Source of the DNA: an uncultured Myxococcaceae bacterium
GTDB lineage: Bacteria; Myxococcota; Myxococcia; Myxococcales; Myxococcaceae
DNA length: 64,000 nucleotides
Direction: 5' to 3'
NCBI GenBank assembly: GCA_964511185.1
Contig: CAZEDU010000001.1
Coordinates: 1,741-65,740, forward strand
Numbering within the stretch: position 1 is the stretch's first letter; each line of letters opens with the position of its first letter. The position numbers and the translations under genes are program-made. The notes under the pieces were generated by a model. That model had not been told where the DNA came from. It did no database searches and worked only from the letters and a program-made list of their open reading frames with translations. Positions 48,052 to 56,226 of the stretch are shown here, piece by piece.

Positions 48052-49068
48052 TCAGGCGCGGCGAGCGAGCAAGAGCAGAAACAAAGGGCCGCCGATGAGC
48101 GCCGTCAGCGCACCCACCGGCGGCTCGGCGCCGAACCAGGGGAACAGCGAGCGCGCCGCCAGGTCCGCCAACACCAGGAAAGCCGCGCCGCCCAGCGCGC
48201 TGCCCGGGAGCAGCAAACGGTTGTCTGCACCGAGGCGCAGGCGAAGCAGATGTGGCACCACGAGCCCCACAAATCCCACCAGGCCGGCGAGCGCGACGGC
48301 CACCGCGACCGCCAGTGAGGCGAACAGCAGGATCAGGCCGCGCACCCGCCGCACCGGCGCGCCCAGCGACGCGGCGTCTTCGTCGCCCAGCGCGAGCAAG
48401 TTGAGCTGCCCGGAGAGCGCCCACAGCCCGCCCAGCGCCAGCGCCTGCAGCGCCGCGGCGAGGAGCAAGGTGCTTGAGCGCTCGTAACCGATGGCGCCCG
48501 CGAGCCAGTAGAGAATCTGACCGAGCTTGTCGGGCGCGGCGAGCGTCTTGATGAAGGTCACCGCCGCGAGCGCGAACGCGTTGACGATGACACCGGCGAG
48601 CAGCACCACGTGCGGCCCGCGGCCCCCCGCAAGCTCGCCCAGCGCGAAGACGAGCACGGTGGCGAGCAGCGCCCCGCCGAGCGCGAACGCCTGCGGCCCC
48701 AGGTCGCTCACCCAACCGGCCTGAAGCCCAATGCCGCCCAAGCCCAAGGCGAGCGCGAGGGTGGCGCCCAGCGCGGCGCCGCCGGAGACGCCCAAGAGCA
48801 GCGGCTCGGCGAGCGGGTTTCGGGTCAGCCCCTGCAGCGCGCAGCCGGAGGCGGCGAGCGCGGCGCCGACCAACGCCGCCAAGGCCGCGCGCGGCCAACG
48901 CAGCGACCAGAAGATGACCGCGTCGGGCGCCTCCCCTCCCAGCGCGCGAGAGAGCGAAATCGGCTGCTCGCCGAAGAGCACCGCGCAGCCGAGCGCGACG
49001 GCCAGCACGCACGAGAGCCCCACGAGCACCAGCGCCAGCCTCCAGGGGCGAACGCGGGCCGCGCTCAC
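48052..49068 (-). CDS. FecCD/BtuC-type ABC permease
   Basis: LRWPRAALAALVGAALAASGCALQGLTRNPLAEP and GALTALIGGPLFLLLL. The GTG start overlaps the upstream stop (GTGA 49065-49068). Confidence 0.9.
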   Translation of the reverse strand: MSAARVRPWRLALVLVGLSCVLAVALGCAVLFGEQPISLSRALGGEAPDAVIFWSLRWPRAALAALVGAALAASGCALQGLTRNPLAEPLLLGVSGGAALGATLALALGLGGIGLQAGWVSDLGPQAFALGGALLATVLVFALGELAGGRGPHVVLLAGVIVNAFALAAVTFIKTLAAPDKLGQILYWLAGAIGYERSSTLLLAAALQALALGGLWALSGQLNLLALGDEDAASLGAPVRRVRGLILLFASLAVAVAVALAGLVGFVGLVVPHLLRLRLGADNRLLLPGSALGGAAFLVLADLAARSLFPWFGAEPPVGALTALIGGPLFLLLLARRA

Positions 49069-49907
49069 GGGACGTCCTTGCCGTGCACCAGCGCGAACAG
49101 CTCGTGGAGCCCGCGCGCGAGCCTGGGGCCCGGGTGCAGCAGGTCCTGCGAGGCGGGCCGCACCCAGCGGGCGCGCTGAAGCCCTTCGAGCGCGCGCAGC
49201 GCCTGAACGCCGGTGCGCGAATCGGCGAGGTCGATGATGACGTCGGGCCGCGCGGCGAGCACGCGCTCCACCGAGTACACCGGGTAAGGCACGCGCGCGT
49301 CGGCCGCGACGTTGACGCCGCCGGCGTCCGCGAGCAGCTCGGCGCCGAACGAGCCGGGGCCCGCCACCACCAGCGGCGCGAAGCCGTAGACGATGAGGAC
49401 CTTCTTCTTCGAGAGCCCCGCGGACTTGCGCCGCACCTCCGCGCGCGCGGCCTGAATCCGCGCGACGAGCGCGGCCGCCTCCTGCTTCTTGTCGAGCGCG
49501 GCGCCCACCGCTTCGATGGCGGCCAGCGTCTGGGCCACGGTGTGGAGCGGCAGCGCGAGCACGGGGATGCCCAGCTCGGCCATCTTCTCCACCGGCGCGC
49601 GGTTGCCGGGCCCGGGCTGCACCAGCACCAAGTCGGGCGCGAGCTTCACCACCGCCTCGACGCTGGGGTCCGAGAAGCCGCCGACGCGGGGCAGGCGCTG
49701 GACCGCCTCGCCTTCGTCGTAGCGCGAGACGCCGACCAGCCGCTCCCCGGCGCCCAGCGCCTCCACCGTCTGCGTGAGCGACGGCGCGAGGGTCACCACG
49801 CGCCGCACCGGCCGGTCGAGCGGCGGGCCGTGGAAGGCAGGCGCGTCCGCCCACGCCAGCGCGCTCCAGCCGCACGCGGCGGCGCAGAGGATGGCAAAAA
49901 GCCGCAT
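49065..49907 (-). CDS. BtuF/FhuD-type periplasmic binding protein
   Basis: Signal peptide followed by RRVVTLAPSLTQTVEALGAGERLVGVS and PDLVLV, a class III substrate-binding protein pattern. Confidence 0.85.
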   Translation of the reverse strand: MRLFAILCAAACGWSALAWADAPAFHGPPLDRPVRRVVTLAPSLTQTVEALGAGERLVGVSRYDEGEAVQRLPRVGGFSDPSVEAVVKLAPDLVLVQPGPGNRAPVEKMAELGIPVLALPLHTVAQTLAAIEAVGAALDKKQEAAALVARIQAARAEVRRKSAGLSKKKVLIVYGFAPLVVAGPGSFGAELLADAGGVNVAADARVPYPVYSVERVLAARPDVIIDLADSRTGVQALRALEGLQRARWVRPASQDLLHPGPRLARGLHELFALVHGKDVP

Positions 49908-51502
49908 CACGGGAGCGCGAGCAGGTCGGCCACGTTCGACACGCCGGTGGTCGAGTCGACCGCGCACGCCTGAATCGGCCCGCCGGACTGGTAGCCGCGC
50001 CGCTCGACCAGGCCGCCGTCGGTGAAGCCGTAGACGAACACGCGGCCGCCGTTCTGGTCCGCCACGAAGACGTCGCCTCCGACCAGCGCGAACCGACCTG
50101 GGACGATGGGCGAGCAGTCGCCGGTGTGAGGGCAGGCGATGGGCGTGGCGGCCAGGCGCGTGCCGTCGGCCTGCACGACCACCAGCGCCGCCTTCTCGAC
50201 GCCGTTGGCGAGGAAGGTGGTCGGGTCGTAGCTCACCTTGCCCTGGCAGGTGACGAAGAGCCGCTGCCCGTCGGACGCCACCGAGACCGCGTTGAGGCAC
50301 ACGTCGTTGCCCAGGTCGATGGGCGTGACGTCGCCGCTCACCGGGTCGATGCGCGCCAACATGCCGTTGCCTTCGGGCACGTAGGTGTCGGGGTTCAAGT
50401 TGCTGAGCGCGACGAAGAGCTGGCCCTGGTGCGCGGTGATGGACCACGGCCGCGCGACCGGGTCGCCGTTGGGCAGCGGCTGGAGCGCGGCGCCTTGCGG
50501 CATGGGGTAGCTCGTCACCGCCGAAGGCGCCTCGGGTTGGGTGATGTCGACCTTCACCACGCGCTGGCCCGCGCTGGCCGCCGCGGCGCCGAAGCCGCCG
50601 TAGAGCGGCACGTACATCGCGTCGCCCAGCTTCACCGCGGCCTCGGGGAAGGTGTTCGCGCCGAAGGACACCTCGGCGACCGTGGCGAGCTGGAGCCCGC
50701 CGTCGACGGACGCGTAGCTCGCCGCGGTGGACGCGTTGCGCCGGAGGACCTGCAGCGTGCCGCTCGAGGCGTTCACCACGTACACGTACGGGTCGAACGC
50801 GAGCACCTGGTTGGGCACCGAGCCGGTGGTCGGCGCGCCCGAAACCTGCGCGAACGGCGCGCCGGTGGGCGCGAGCGAGGCCTGGTAGACGCGGTCGTCG
50901 ATGCCGTCGAGCGAGAGCAGCACGTCGGCGACGGCGGCGAGCGACTGCGGCGCGGTGCCGATCGCGGCGTTGGGCCCCTTCAAGCCCGTCTGAGCCTGCA
51001 GGCCGGTCACCTGGCCGTTGCTGAAGCAGGCGGCGACCACGTCGTACTGGCAGACGCCGTTCCTGCAGCTGCGCGCGTCCTGGCACGCGTTGCCGCACGC
51101 GCCGCAGTGGAGCGGGTCGCTCCCGAGCGCGACGCACGACTGGCCGCACAGAGTCGACGTGGTGAAGTTGCAGGCGGACTTGCACTGGCCGCCCTCACAC
51201 ACCAGCCCCGCGCCGCAGGCGTTGCCGCACGCGCCGCAGTTGAGCGGGTCGGTGGCGAGCACGGCGCAGCCGGTGCCGCACACCTCGGTGCCGGGGCCGC
51301 ACCGGCACGCGCTCTCCTGGCACACCTGGCCCGGCTGACAGGCGACGCCGCAGCCACCGCAGTTAAGCCGGTCGCTCGTCAGGTCCGCGCAGCCTTGGCC
51401 GCACGCCGCGAGCCCCTGGGTGCACAGCACGCGTTGCTCCGGACAGCCGAACGAGAAGAAGGCGAGCGCGAGCGCGCCCGCGGTGAGGAGATGGCGGTTC
51501 AT
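49907..51502 (-). CDS. Lipoprotein with three Stig1-like Cys-rich repeats followed by a YVTN/YncE-like beta-propeller
   Basis: Lipobox FFSFGC. Three repeats of about 44 aa follow the pattern C..C..L.(S/T)D..(N/H)CG(A/G)CG..C.....C..G.C. Recurring blade-like strands follow (YVYVVNASSGTLQVL, QLFVALSN, RLFVTCQGK, DVFVADQNGGRVFVY). The ATG overlaps the receptor stop (ATGA). Confidence 0.7.
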   Translation of the reverse strand: MNRHLLTAGALALAFFSFGCPEQRVLCTQGLAACGQGCADLTSDRLNCGGCGVACQPGQVCQESACRCGPGTEVCGTGCAVLATDPLNCGACGNACGAGLVCEGGQCKSACNFTTSTLCGQSCVALGSDPLHCGACGNACQDARSCRNGVCQYDVVAACFSNGQVTGLQAQTGLKGPNAAIGTAPQSLAAVADVLLSLDGIDDRVYQASLAPTGAPFAQVSGAPTTGSVPNQVLAFDPYVYVVNASSGTLQVLRRNASTAASYASVDGGLQLATVAEVSFGANTFPEAAVKLGDAMYVPLYGGFGAAAASAGQRVVKVDITQPEAPSAVTSYPMPQGAALQPLPNGDPVARPWSITAHQGQLFVALSNLNPDTYVPEGNGMLARIDPVSGDVTPIDLGNDVCLNAVSVASDGQRLFVTCQGKVSYDPTTFLANGVEKAALVVVQADGTRLAATPIACPHTGDCSPIVPGRFALVGGDVFVADQNGGRVFVYGFTDGGLVERRGYQSGGPIQACAVDSTTGVSNVADLLALP

Positions 51503-53439
51503 CGAAGAACGTCCTTTCGGGAAGCGGGAGAGGGAGACGATGCGAAGTCCCACGCGACGGCGGCGGTGACGTACGCGGCGCGGCCAGGCAGGGGGTAGCC
51601 GTCCAGGTCCTGGCTTTGGACGTCGAGCAGGTTCTTGAGCTCGCCGGCGACCTGGAGCTCGGGCCGCCGGGTCACGGTGGCGACGAGCCCCACGTTCACG
51701 AACGCGCGCTCTTCGAGGAAGAGCGTCTCGGTGCGGTTGGTGAACTGGCGCGACTGGAAGAGCAGCTCGGCGTGGCCGCGCAGCGTCGAGGGCCCCAGCT
51801 CGAGCCGGGCGGCGACCTTGTGGCGCGGGCGGTAGGGCAGCGTCTTCAAGTAGTAGCGCGGGTCGTCCTTCAGGTTCTGCGACGACAGGTACGTGTAGCT
51901 GCCGGTGGCGCCCAGCCAGTGCGTGGGCTCGAGCCGCGCCTCGGCCTCCAGCCCCGACACGCGCGCGGTGGCGAAGTTGTAGGGGCGCGCGAGCAGCGGC
52001 GGGTAGTACTCGTAGCTGATCAGGTCCTCGTAGAGGCTGTAGAAGCCGCCCACGCTCACCCGCGTGCGCTCGGTGCGGTGGGCCACCGCCACGTCGGCGA
52101 AGAGCGCCCGCTCGGGCCGGAGCTGAGGGTTGGGCAAGAGCGAGCCCTGCACCACGTACAGCTCGAGGAACGACGGCGCCCGATGCGCCTGGCCGGCGTT
52201 GGCCTTGAGCTCGAAGCCGGCGGGCAGCTGGAGCGCGGCGCCCAGCTTGGGGGAGATGCCGTTGAACGGCCCGGTGCGGTCGAAGCGCAAAGACGGCGTG
52301 AGCGCGAAGGCGCCGCCGGCGAAGAGCACCTCGTCGGCGGCCATCACCGCGAAGCGCACCCAGCCGGGGTTCACCTCGGTGGGCTCGAAGAGCGAATCGC
52401 CGGCGACCAGGAGCGTGGCCGACACCCCGTGCCGCTCGGCGAAGAGCTGCGCGTAGGTCGCGTCCACGCCGACGCTCTGGGTGGTTTGCCGGTGGCTCCC
52501 GAGCGAGGTCAGGCTGTGCAGCGCGAGCGCGTCGCGCTGGCCGAAGGCGAGGAACGAGAGCGCGCCCGCGGGAGAGAGGCTCCGCTCGACCCGCGCCGCG
52601 CCCAAGACGCGCTCGCCCCGCTGCCGCGACTCGAGCGTGGGGTTGGCTGCGGTGCCGGCGAGCCCGCGGTCATCGGCGTTGGCCTCGAGGAGCGCCTCGC
52701 CCTGCCAGGCCCCGGCCAGCGCGCGGCGAAACTTGAGCAGCGCCCCGCCGTGCGCGGCCTGGTTGTTCTGCCGCCGCACCGTCGACAGCGGGTTGCCTTC
52801 GAGGTTGGGCTGCGCATCGTGCGCGAAGGAGAAGTCGCCGGCGCTCTGGCCGCCGTGCAAGAGCACGAGCCCCTCGCCGCCGAGCAGCGCGCCCGTGGCC
52901 CCGGCGTGCAGCAGGCCCGTCCGGAAGCTGCCGTACGACGCCTCCGCGAACGCGCGCGCGCCGTCTCGGGCGCGCCGCGTCGACAGGTACACCGCCCCGC
53001 CCAGCCCGCCGCTGCCGTAGCGCGCGCCGGCGCCGCCGCGCTGCACCTGCGCCGCCTCGAGCGCCGCGGCCGGCACCCGGCTCAAGTCGACGTTGCCGCC
53101 GGCCGGGTTCAGCGGAACGCCGTCCAGGAAGACGAGCACCGCGTTCGGCGAGGCGCCGCGCACCGACAGGTTCTGGCGCTGGCCGAAGCCGCCCACGTCG
53201 TGCACCACCAGCCCCGGCGCGGGCGCGAGCCAGTCGGCGGTGCTCTTCACTTCGCTGGTGGCGGGCGGGCGCGTCACCTCGCTGATCGCCGCGGTCGGGT
53301 CGCGGCGGGCGGGCGCGTCGGGCGTGTCGATGGTGGGAGCGGGCGCGGGCACCACCACCGGCGGCAGCTCGCTCTCTTCTCCTCGCGCCGGGAGCGCGGA
53401 GGCGTGCACCGCCAGAAGAATGAGTGAGAGACGCCGCAT
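51499..53439 (-). CDS. TonB-dependent outer-membrane receptor, BtuB-like by riboswitch context
   Basis: Signal peptide and plug motifs (QNLSVRGASPNAVLVFLDGVPLN, VQRGGAGARYGSGGLGG) with a beta-barrel. A cobalamin riboswitch lies in its 5' leader. Confidence 0.9.
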   Translation of the reverse strand: MRRLSLILLAVHASALPARGEESELPPVVVPAPAPTIDTPDAPARRDPTAAISEVTRPPATSEVKSTADWLAPAPGLVVHDVGGFGQRQNLSVRGASPNAVLVFLDGVPLNPAGGNVDLSRVPAAALEAAQVQRGGAGARYGSGGLGGAVYLSTRRARDGARAFAEASYGSFRTGLLHAGATGALLGGEGLVLLHGGQSAGDFSFAHDAQPNLEGNPLSTVRRQNNQAAHGGALLKFRRALAGAWQGEALLEANADDRGLAGTAANPTLESRQRGERVLGAARVERSLSPAGALSFLAFGQRDALALHSLTSLGSHRQTTQSVGVDATYAQLFAERHGVSATLLVAGDSLFEPTEVNPGWVRFAVMAADEVLFAGGAFALTPSLRFDRTGPFNGISPKLGAALQLPAGFELKANAGQAHRAPSFLELYVVQGSLLPNPQLRPERALFADVAVAHRTERTRVSVGGFYSLYEDLISYEYYPPLLARPYNFATARVSGLEAEARLEPTHWLGATGSYTYLSSQNLKDDPRYYLKTLPYRPRHKVAARLELGPSTLRGHAELLFQSRQFTNRTETLFLEERAFVNVGLVATVTRRPELQVAGELKNLLDVQSQDLDGYPLPGRAAYVTAAVAWDFASSPSPASRKDVLR

Positions 53440-53522
53440 CGCTCCGCCTTCCGCTCCCTCCTGCGAAGAGAGAAGGCACTTCGCGGCGAAGCCCTCTTAA
53501 GAGGCGCTTCACCACACCCTCG

Positions 53523-53740
53523 GGCAGGTCTCCTGGCTTCTTCGGGCTCGAACCCAAGCGCACGATGCGCGGGTTCCGGATTCGGGGGCCTCCCACCTTC
53601 CCTCGCCCAACCCAGGCGAAGTGGCGACTGCGCTGGAGACCCCGCCTGGCCCCGAACGGGGGCCGCCCAAGTCACAGTGGCGGGACCGCGCCGGGCTTCC
53701 ACCGGCTTCCCTCTTTGAGCTGCCTCTTTGGCAACCCGAA
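53523..53740 (-). promoter_or_regulatory. Cobalamin (B12) riboswitch
   Basis: The minus strand reads ...AGAGGGAAGCCGGUGGAAGCCCGGCGCGGUCCCGCCACUGUGA... plus a second GCCACU...GGGAAGG. A B12 box GAAGCCAGGAGACCUGCC is at 53540-53523, about 84 nt upstream of the receptor ATG. Confidence 0.85.
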
Positions 53741-53860
53741 GGCGGCCCGGCTTGTACGCGGCGGTGTCGATGCCGGTCAAGCAGACCCATGCGTCTCGGA
53801 CCCGAGATGCCGTTGGCGAATCCGTACGACGCCGCCCCGCCGAGCGCCGCGGGCGGGCCA

Positions 53861-53876
53861 TGGCACAAGAGCTGCT
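53861..53876 (+). promoter_or_regulatory. Candidate sigma-54 (-24/-12) promoter
   Basis: TGGCAC-AAGAG-CTGCT has the correct GG-to-GC spacing of the TGGCAC-N5-TTGC consensus. It lies about 85 nt upstream of the 53962 ATG. Confidence 0.4.
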
Positions 53877-53961
53877 CAGGCTTTCAGTGCCGCCGGTGGG
53901 CGGTGGCGGAAGCGGCGAGCCAAACACGAGGCCGCTTCATTCGAGGAAGGAAGGTGACGAC

Positions 53962-54219
53962 ATGTTGGTGAGCGGGAAACGCCTTGCGGTGTTTTCGATC
54001 CGCAGCGGCAAGAACGGCAGCGTCTGGGTGAGGGCGGGCAGCGCGTGGGTCAACAAAGACGGTTCGATGAACGTCAGGCTCGACGTGCTTCCCATCGATG
54101 GTGTGTTGCACGTGCGCGAGGCGGGGGAGCGGCGGGCCGAAGCGGTCCCGAACGTCCCCGGCCCCTTCGACGCGACCGAGTCGGGCATGAACATGAACGT
54201 GGCAGCGGGAGGGCACTGA
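53962..54219 (+). CDS. Small hypothetical protein (85 aa)
   Basis: GGAAGGAAGG precedes the ATG, composition is balanced (MLVSGKRLAVFSIRSGKNGSVWVRAGSAWVNKDGSMNVRLDVLPIDG) and the stop is 2 nt before comEA. Confidence 0.5.
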   Translation: MLVSGKRLAVFSIRSGKNGSVWVRAGSAWVNKDGSMNVRLDVLPIDGVLHVREAGERRAEAVPNVPGPFDATESGMNMNVAAGGH

Positions 54220-54221
54220 AC

Positions 54222-54584
54222 ATGTCGATGAAGACGGGGTTGTGGCTGTCTGTTCTGACGGTGGCGTTGTCCTTCGCCGGCGCGGCGGAGGCGGCGAAGC
54301 AGAAGTCGGTGGTGCGCATGTCCGGGACGCTCAACCTGAACCAGGCGAGCGAAGCGCAGCTCGACGAGCTGCCCGGGATTGGCCAAAAGGCCGCGCGCAG
54401 CATCATCGCGTACCGCGAGAAGACGCCGTTCAAACGCATCGAAGACCTGGTCAAGGTGAAAGGCTTCGGCAAGAAGCGCTTCGAGAAGCTCAAGCCGCAC
54501 CTCACCGTGACCGGACCAACCAACCTGACGGTGCAGCGCGAAAAGCTCACCGCCCAAGGCCGCGCTGGGCCACCGGGCCGATGA
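54222..54584 (+). CDS. comEA: ComEA-like helix-hairpin-helix DNA-binding protein
   Basis: Signal peptide followed by LNLNQASEAQLDELPGIGQKAARSIIAYREKTPFKRIEDLVKVKGFGKKRFEKL. Confidence 0.8.
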   Translation: MSMKTGLWLSVLTVALSFAGAAEAAKQKSVVRMSGTLNLNQASEAQLDELPGIGQKAARSIIAYREKTPFKRIEDLVKVKGFGKKRFEKLKPHLTVTGPTNLTVQREKLTAQGRAGPPGR

Positions 54585-54650
54585 GCTGATGCAGCGAGTG
54601 GGGGCCGCTCGAGCGTTTCGAGCGGCTCCCGCCCCAACCGATGCGAGCGC

Positions 54651-55439
54651 TCACGCACGGCGGACAGTGTGAACGCTGACCCTCGTCGCGAGCTTCGACC
54701 CCAACCGCCTCAATGCCTGGCGAAGCAAACGCCCGAGCCGCGGGGCGGTGGGCAGGCGCTCGCCCGCGAGCAGGATGTGGTTCTCGAAGTCGAAGAGCCG
54801 CACCGCCCGCGCGTCGCGGTGCGGCTGCAGGTGGAACCAGAGCGACTCCTCCCAGAGGTAGCTGGGCGAGGGGATGGCGTTGATGACCACCAGCCCGCCG
54901 GGCCTGAGCGCCGCGGCCATCGGCTGAGGGAGGCGCTCGAGAGAGACGCTCGGCTTGAAGATGTCTCCGTCGATCTGCTCGGAGAGGTCATCGATGACGA
55001 CGTCGAAGCGGCCGCGCCGCCGGCTCACCCACGGCACCGCGTCGCCCTTCGTGACGTCGACCGCACCCGACCAGCTTCGGCTCAAGCGACGAAACCAAGG
55101 CACCGCCTCGACCGACAGGTCGACGGCGGAGACGCGCCCCCGAACGCCCAGCGCGCGCAGCGGCGCGACGATGCCGCCGCCCGCGAAGCCGAGCATGGCG
55201 ATGGCATCGGCGTATGGCTTCGCGACCGAGATGAGCGCCGCCATCACGTCGAACACGCTGTGCGTCGGCCCCGGGCGGGCGAGCACCTCGCTCAAGACGT
55301 ATTTGCCGTACATCACGCGCGCGCCGCGCCGGGTCCGCACCACCCGCCAGCGCTCCGAGTGGACTGGGGAAACCGGTCCCCCCTGGGAGGGGGACAACTT
55401 TCCCCGCTCTTCTCTGCGTCGCTTCGGGCGAGTGCTCAT
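54651..55439 (-). CDS. Class I SAM-dependent methyltransferase / spermidine-synthase-like protein
   Basis: LGFAGGGIVAPL (motif I), VSAVDLS and FDVVIDDL. The start is uncertain (55439 or 55460). Confidence 0.65.
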   Translation of the reverse strand: MSTRPKRRREERGKLSPSQGGPVSPVHSERWRVVRTRRGARVMYGKYVLSEVLARPGPTHSVFDVMAALISVAKPYADAIAMLGFAGGGIVAPLRALGVRGRVSAVDLSVEAVPWFRRLSRSWSGAVDVTKGDAVPWVSRRRGRFDVVIDDLSEQIDGDIFKPSVSLERLPQPMAAALRPGGLVVINAIPSPSYLWEESLWFHLQPHRDARAVRLFDFENHILLAGERLPTAPRLGRLLRQALRRLGSKLATRVSVHTVRRA

Positions 55440-55565
55440 GCGCCTCCAGTGTCTCAGCAATCCCTCGGTCGCCCCAACGCGTTGATTCCCCCCAACCTCT
55501 TCCTCCGGGCGCCTTCACCCGCGCGAGGGCTCCGCTCCGCGAAGCATTTGAAGTAGACCGTCGGC

Positions 55566-56120
55566 ATGCGCGGACTGCTGAACTACTTCCTCAAGGGCCT
55601 CGTCTTCGTCGCGCCGATTGCCATCACGCTGTGGGCGCTCATCTTCACCTTTCGCGAGGTGGACAGCTGGATAGGCGCGCCGGTGCCGGGCGTCGGGCTG
55701 CTCCTCGTCATCGGAATCATCACCGCCATCGGCTTTCTCCTCTCCAGCTTCTTCGCCGACCGGATCAACCAGTGGGCCGACGAGGTCTTCGGAAAGCTGC
55801 CGTTCATCAAGGTCCTCTACAGCGCGCTCAAGGACCTGATGAACGCCTTCGTCGGCGAGAAGAAGAAGTTCGACCGGCCCGTGCTCGTCGACCTGACGCC
55901 GGACGGCAGCGTGCGGGCGTTCGGCTTCATGACCCGCGAGTCGCTGGCCGACTTCGGGCTGCACGACGATTGCGCCGTCTACCTGCCGCAGTCGTACAAC
56001 TTCGCCGGCTTTCTGACGGTCGTGCCCAAGTCGCGGGTCAAGCCACTTCCGCACGACAGCGCCGAGCTGATGGCGTTCATCGTCTTCGGCGGCATCGGCC
56101 AGCCCTCCCCATCCAAATAG
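55566..56120 (+). CDS. DUF502-family membrane protein
   Basis: MRGLLNYFLKGLVFVAPIAITLW...PFIKVLYSALKDLMNAF...YLPQSYNFAGFLTVVP, typical of DUF502. Confidence 0.8.
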   Translation: MRGLLNYFLKGLVFVAPIAITLWALIFTFREVDSWIGAPVPGVGLLLVIGIITAIGFLLSSFFADRINQWADEVFGKLPFIKVLYSALKDLMNAFVGEKKKFDRPVLVDLTPDGSVRAFGFMTRESLADFGLHDDCAVYLPQSYNFAGFLTVVPKSRVKPLPHDSAELMAFIVFGGIGQPSPSK

Positions 56121-56226
56121 GCTCAGCCGCTTCACACACGGACGCACATGGACGGGCAATCGGCTCGCCCAAGCCCTACCTAAGAAGGAATACTGAACCC
56201 CACCTGCCGTTCGGCAGCCATTCACC

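Noticed and set aside
45002-48487. 1161-aa plus-strand ORF
   Set aside because: It is antisense to the kinase, cyclase and permease genes, all of which show canonical catalytic motifs on the minus strand. The translation is Arg/Gly/Ala/Pro-rich junk.
55364-55410. GTCCCCC-CTGGGA-GGGGGAC hairpin resembling the intergenic GGGGAC...GTCCCC family
   Set aside because: It lies inside the probable N-terminal coding region of the methyltransferase, and the WRVVRTRRGARVMYGKYVLSEV segment downstream looks like genuine protein. It is too degenerate to call a repeat copy, though it raises some doubt about that gene start.
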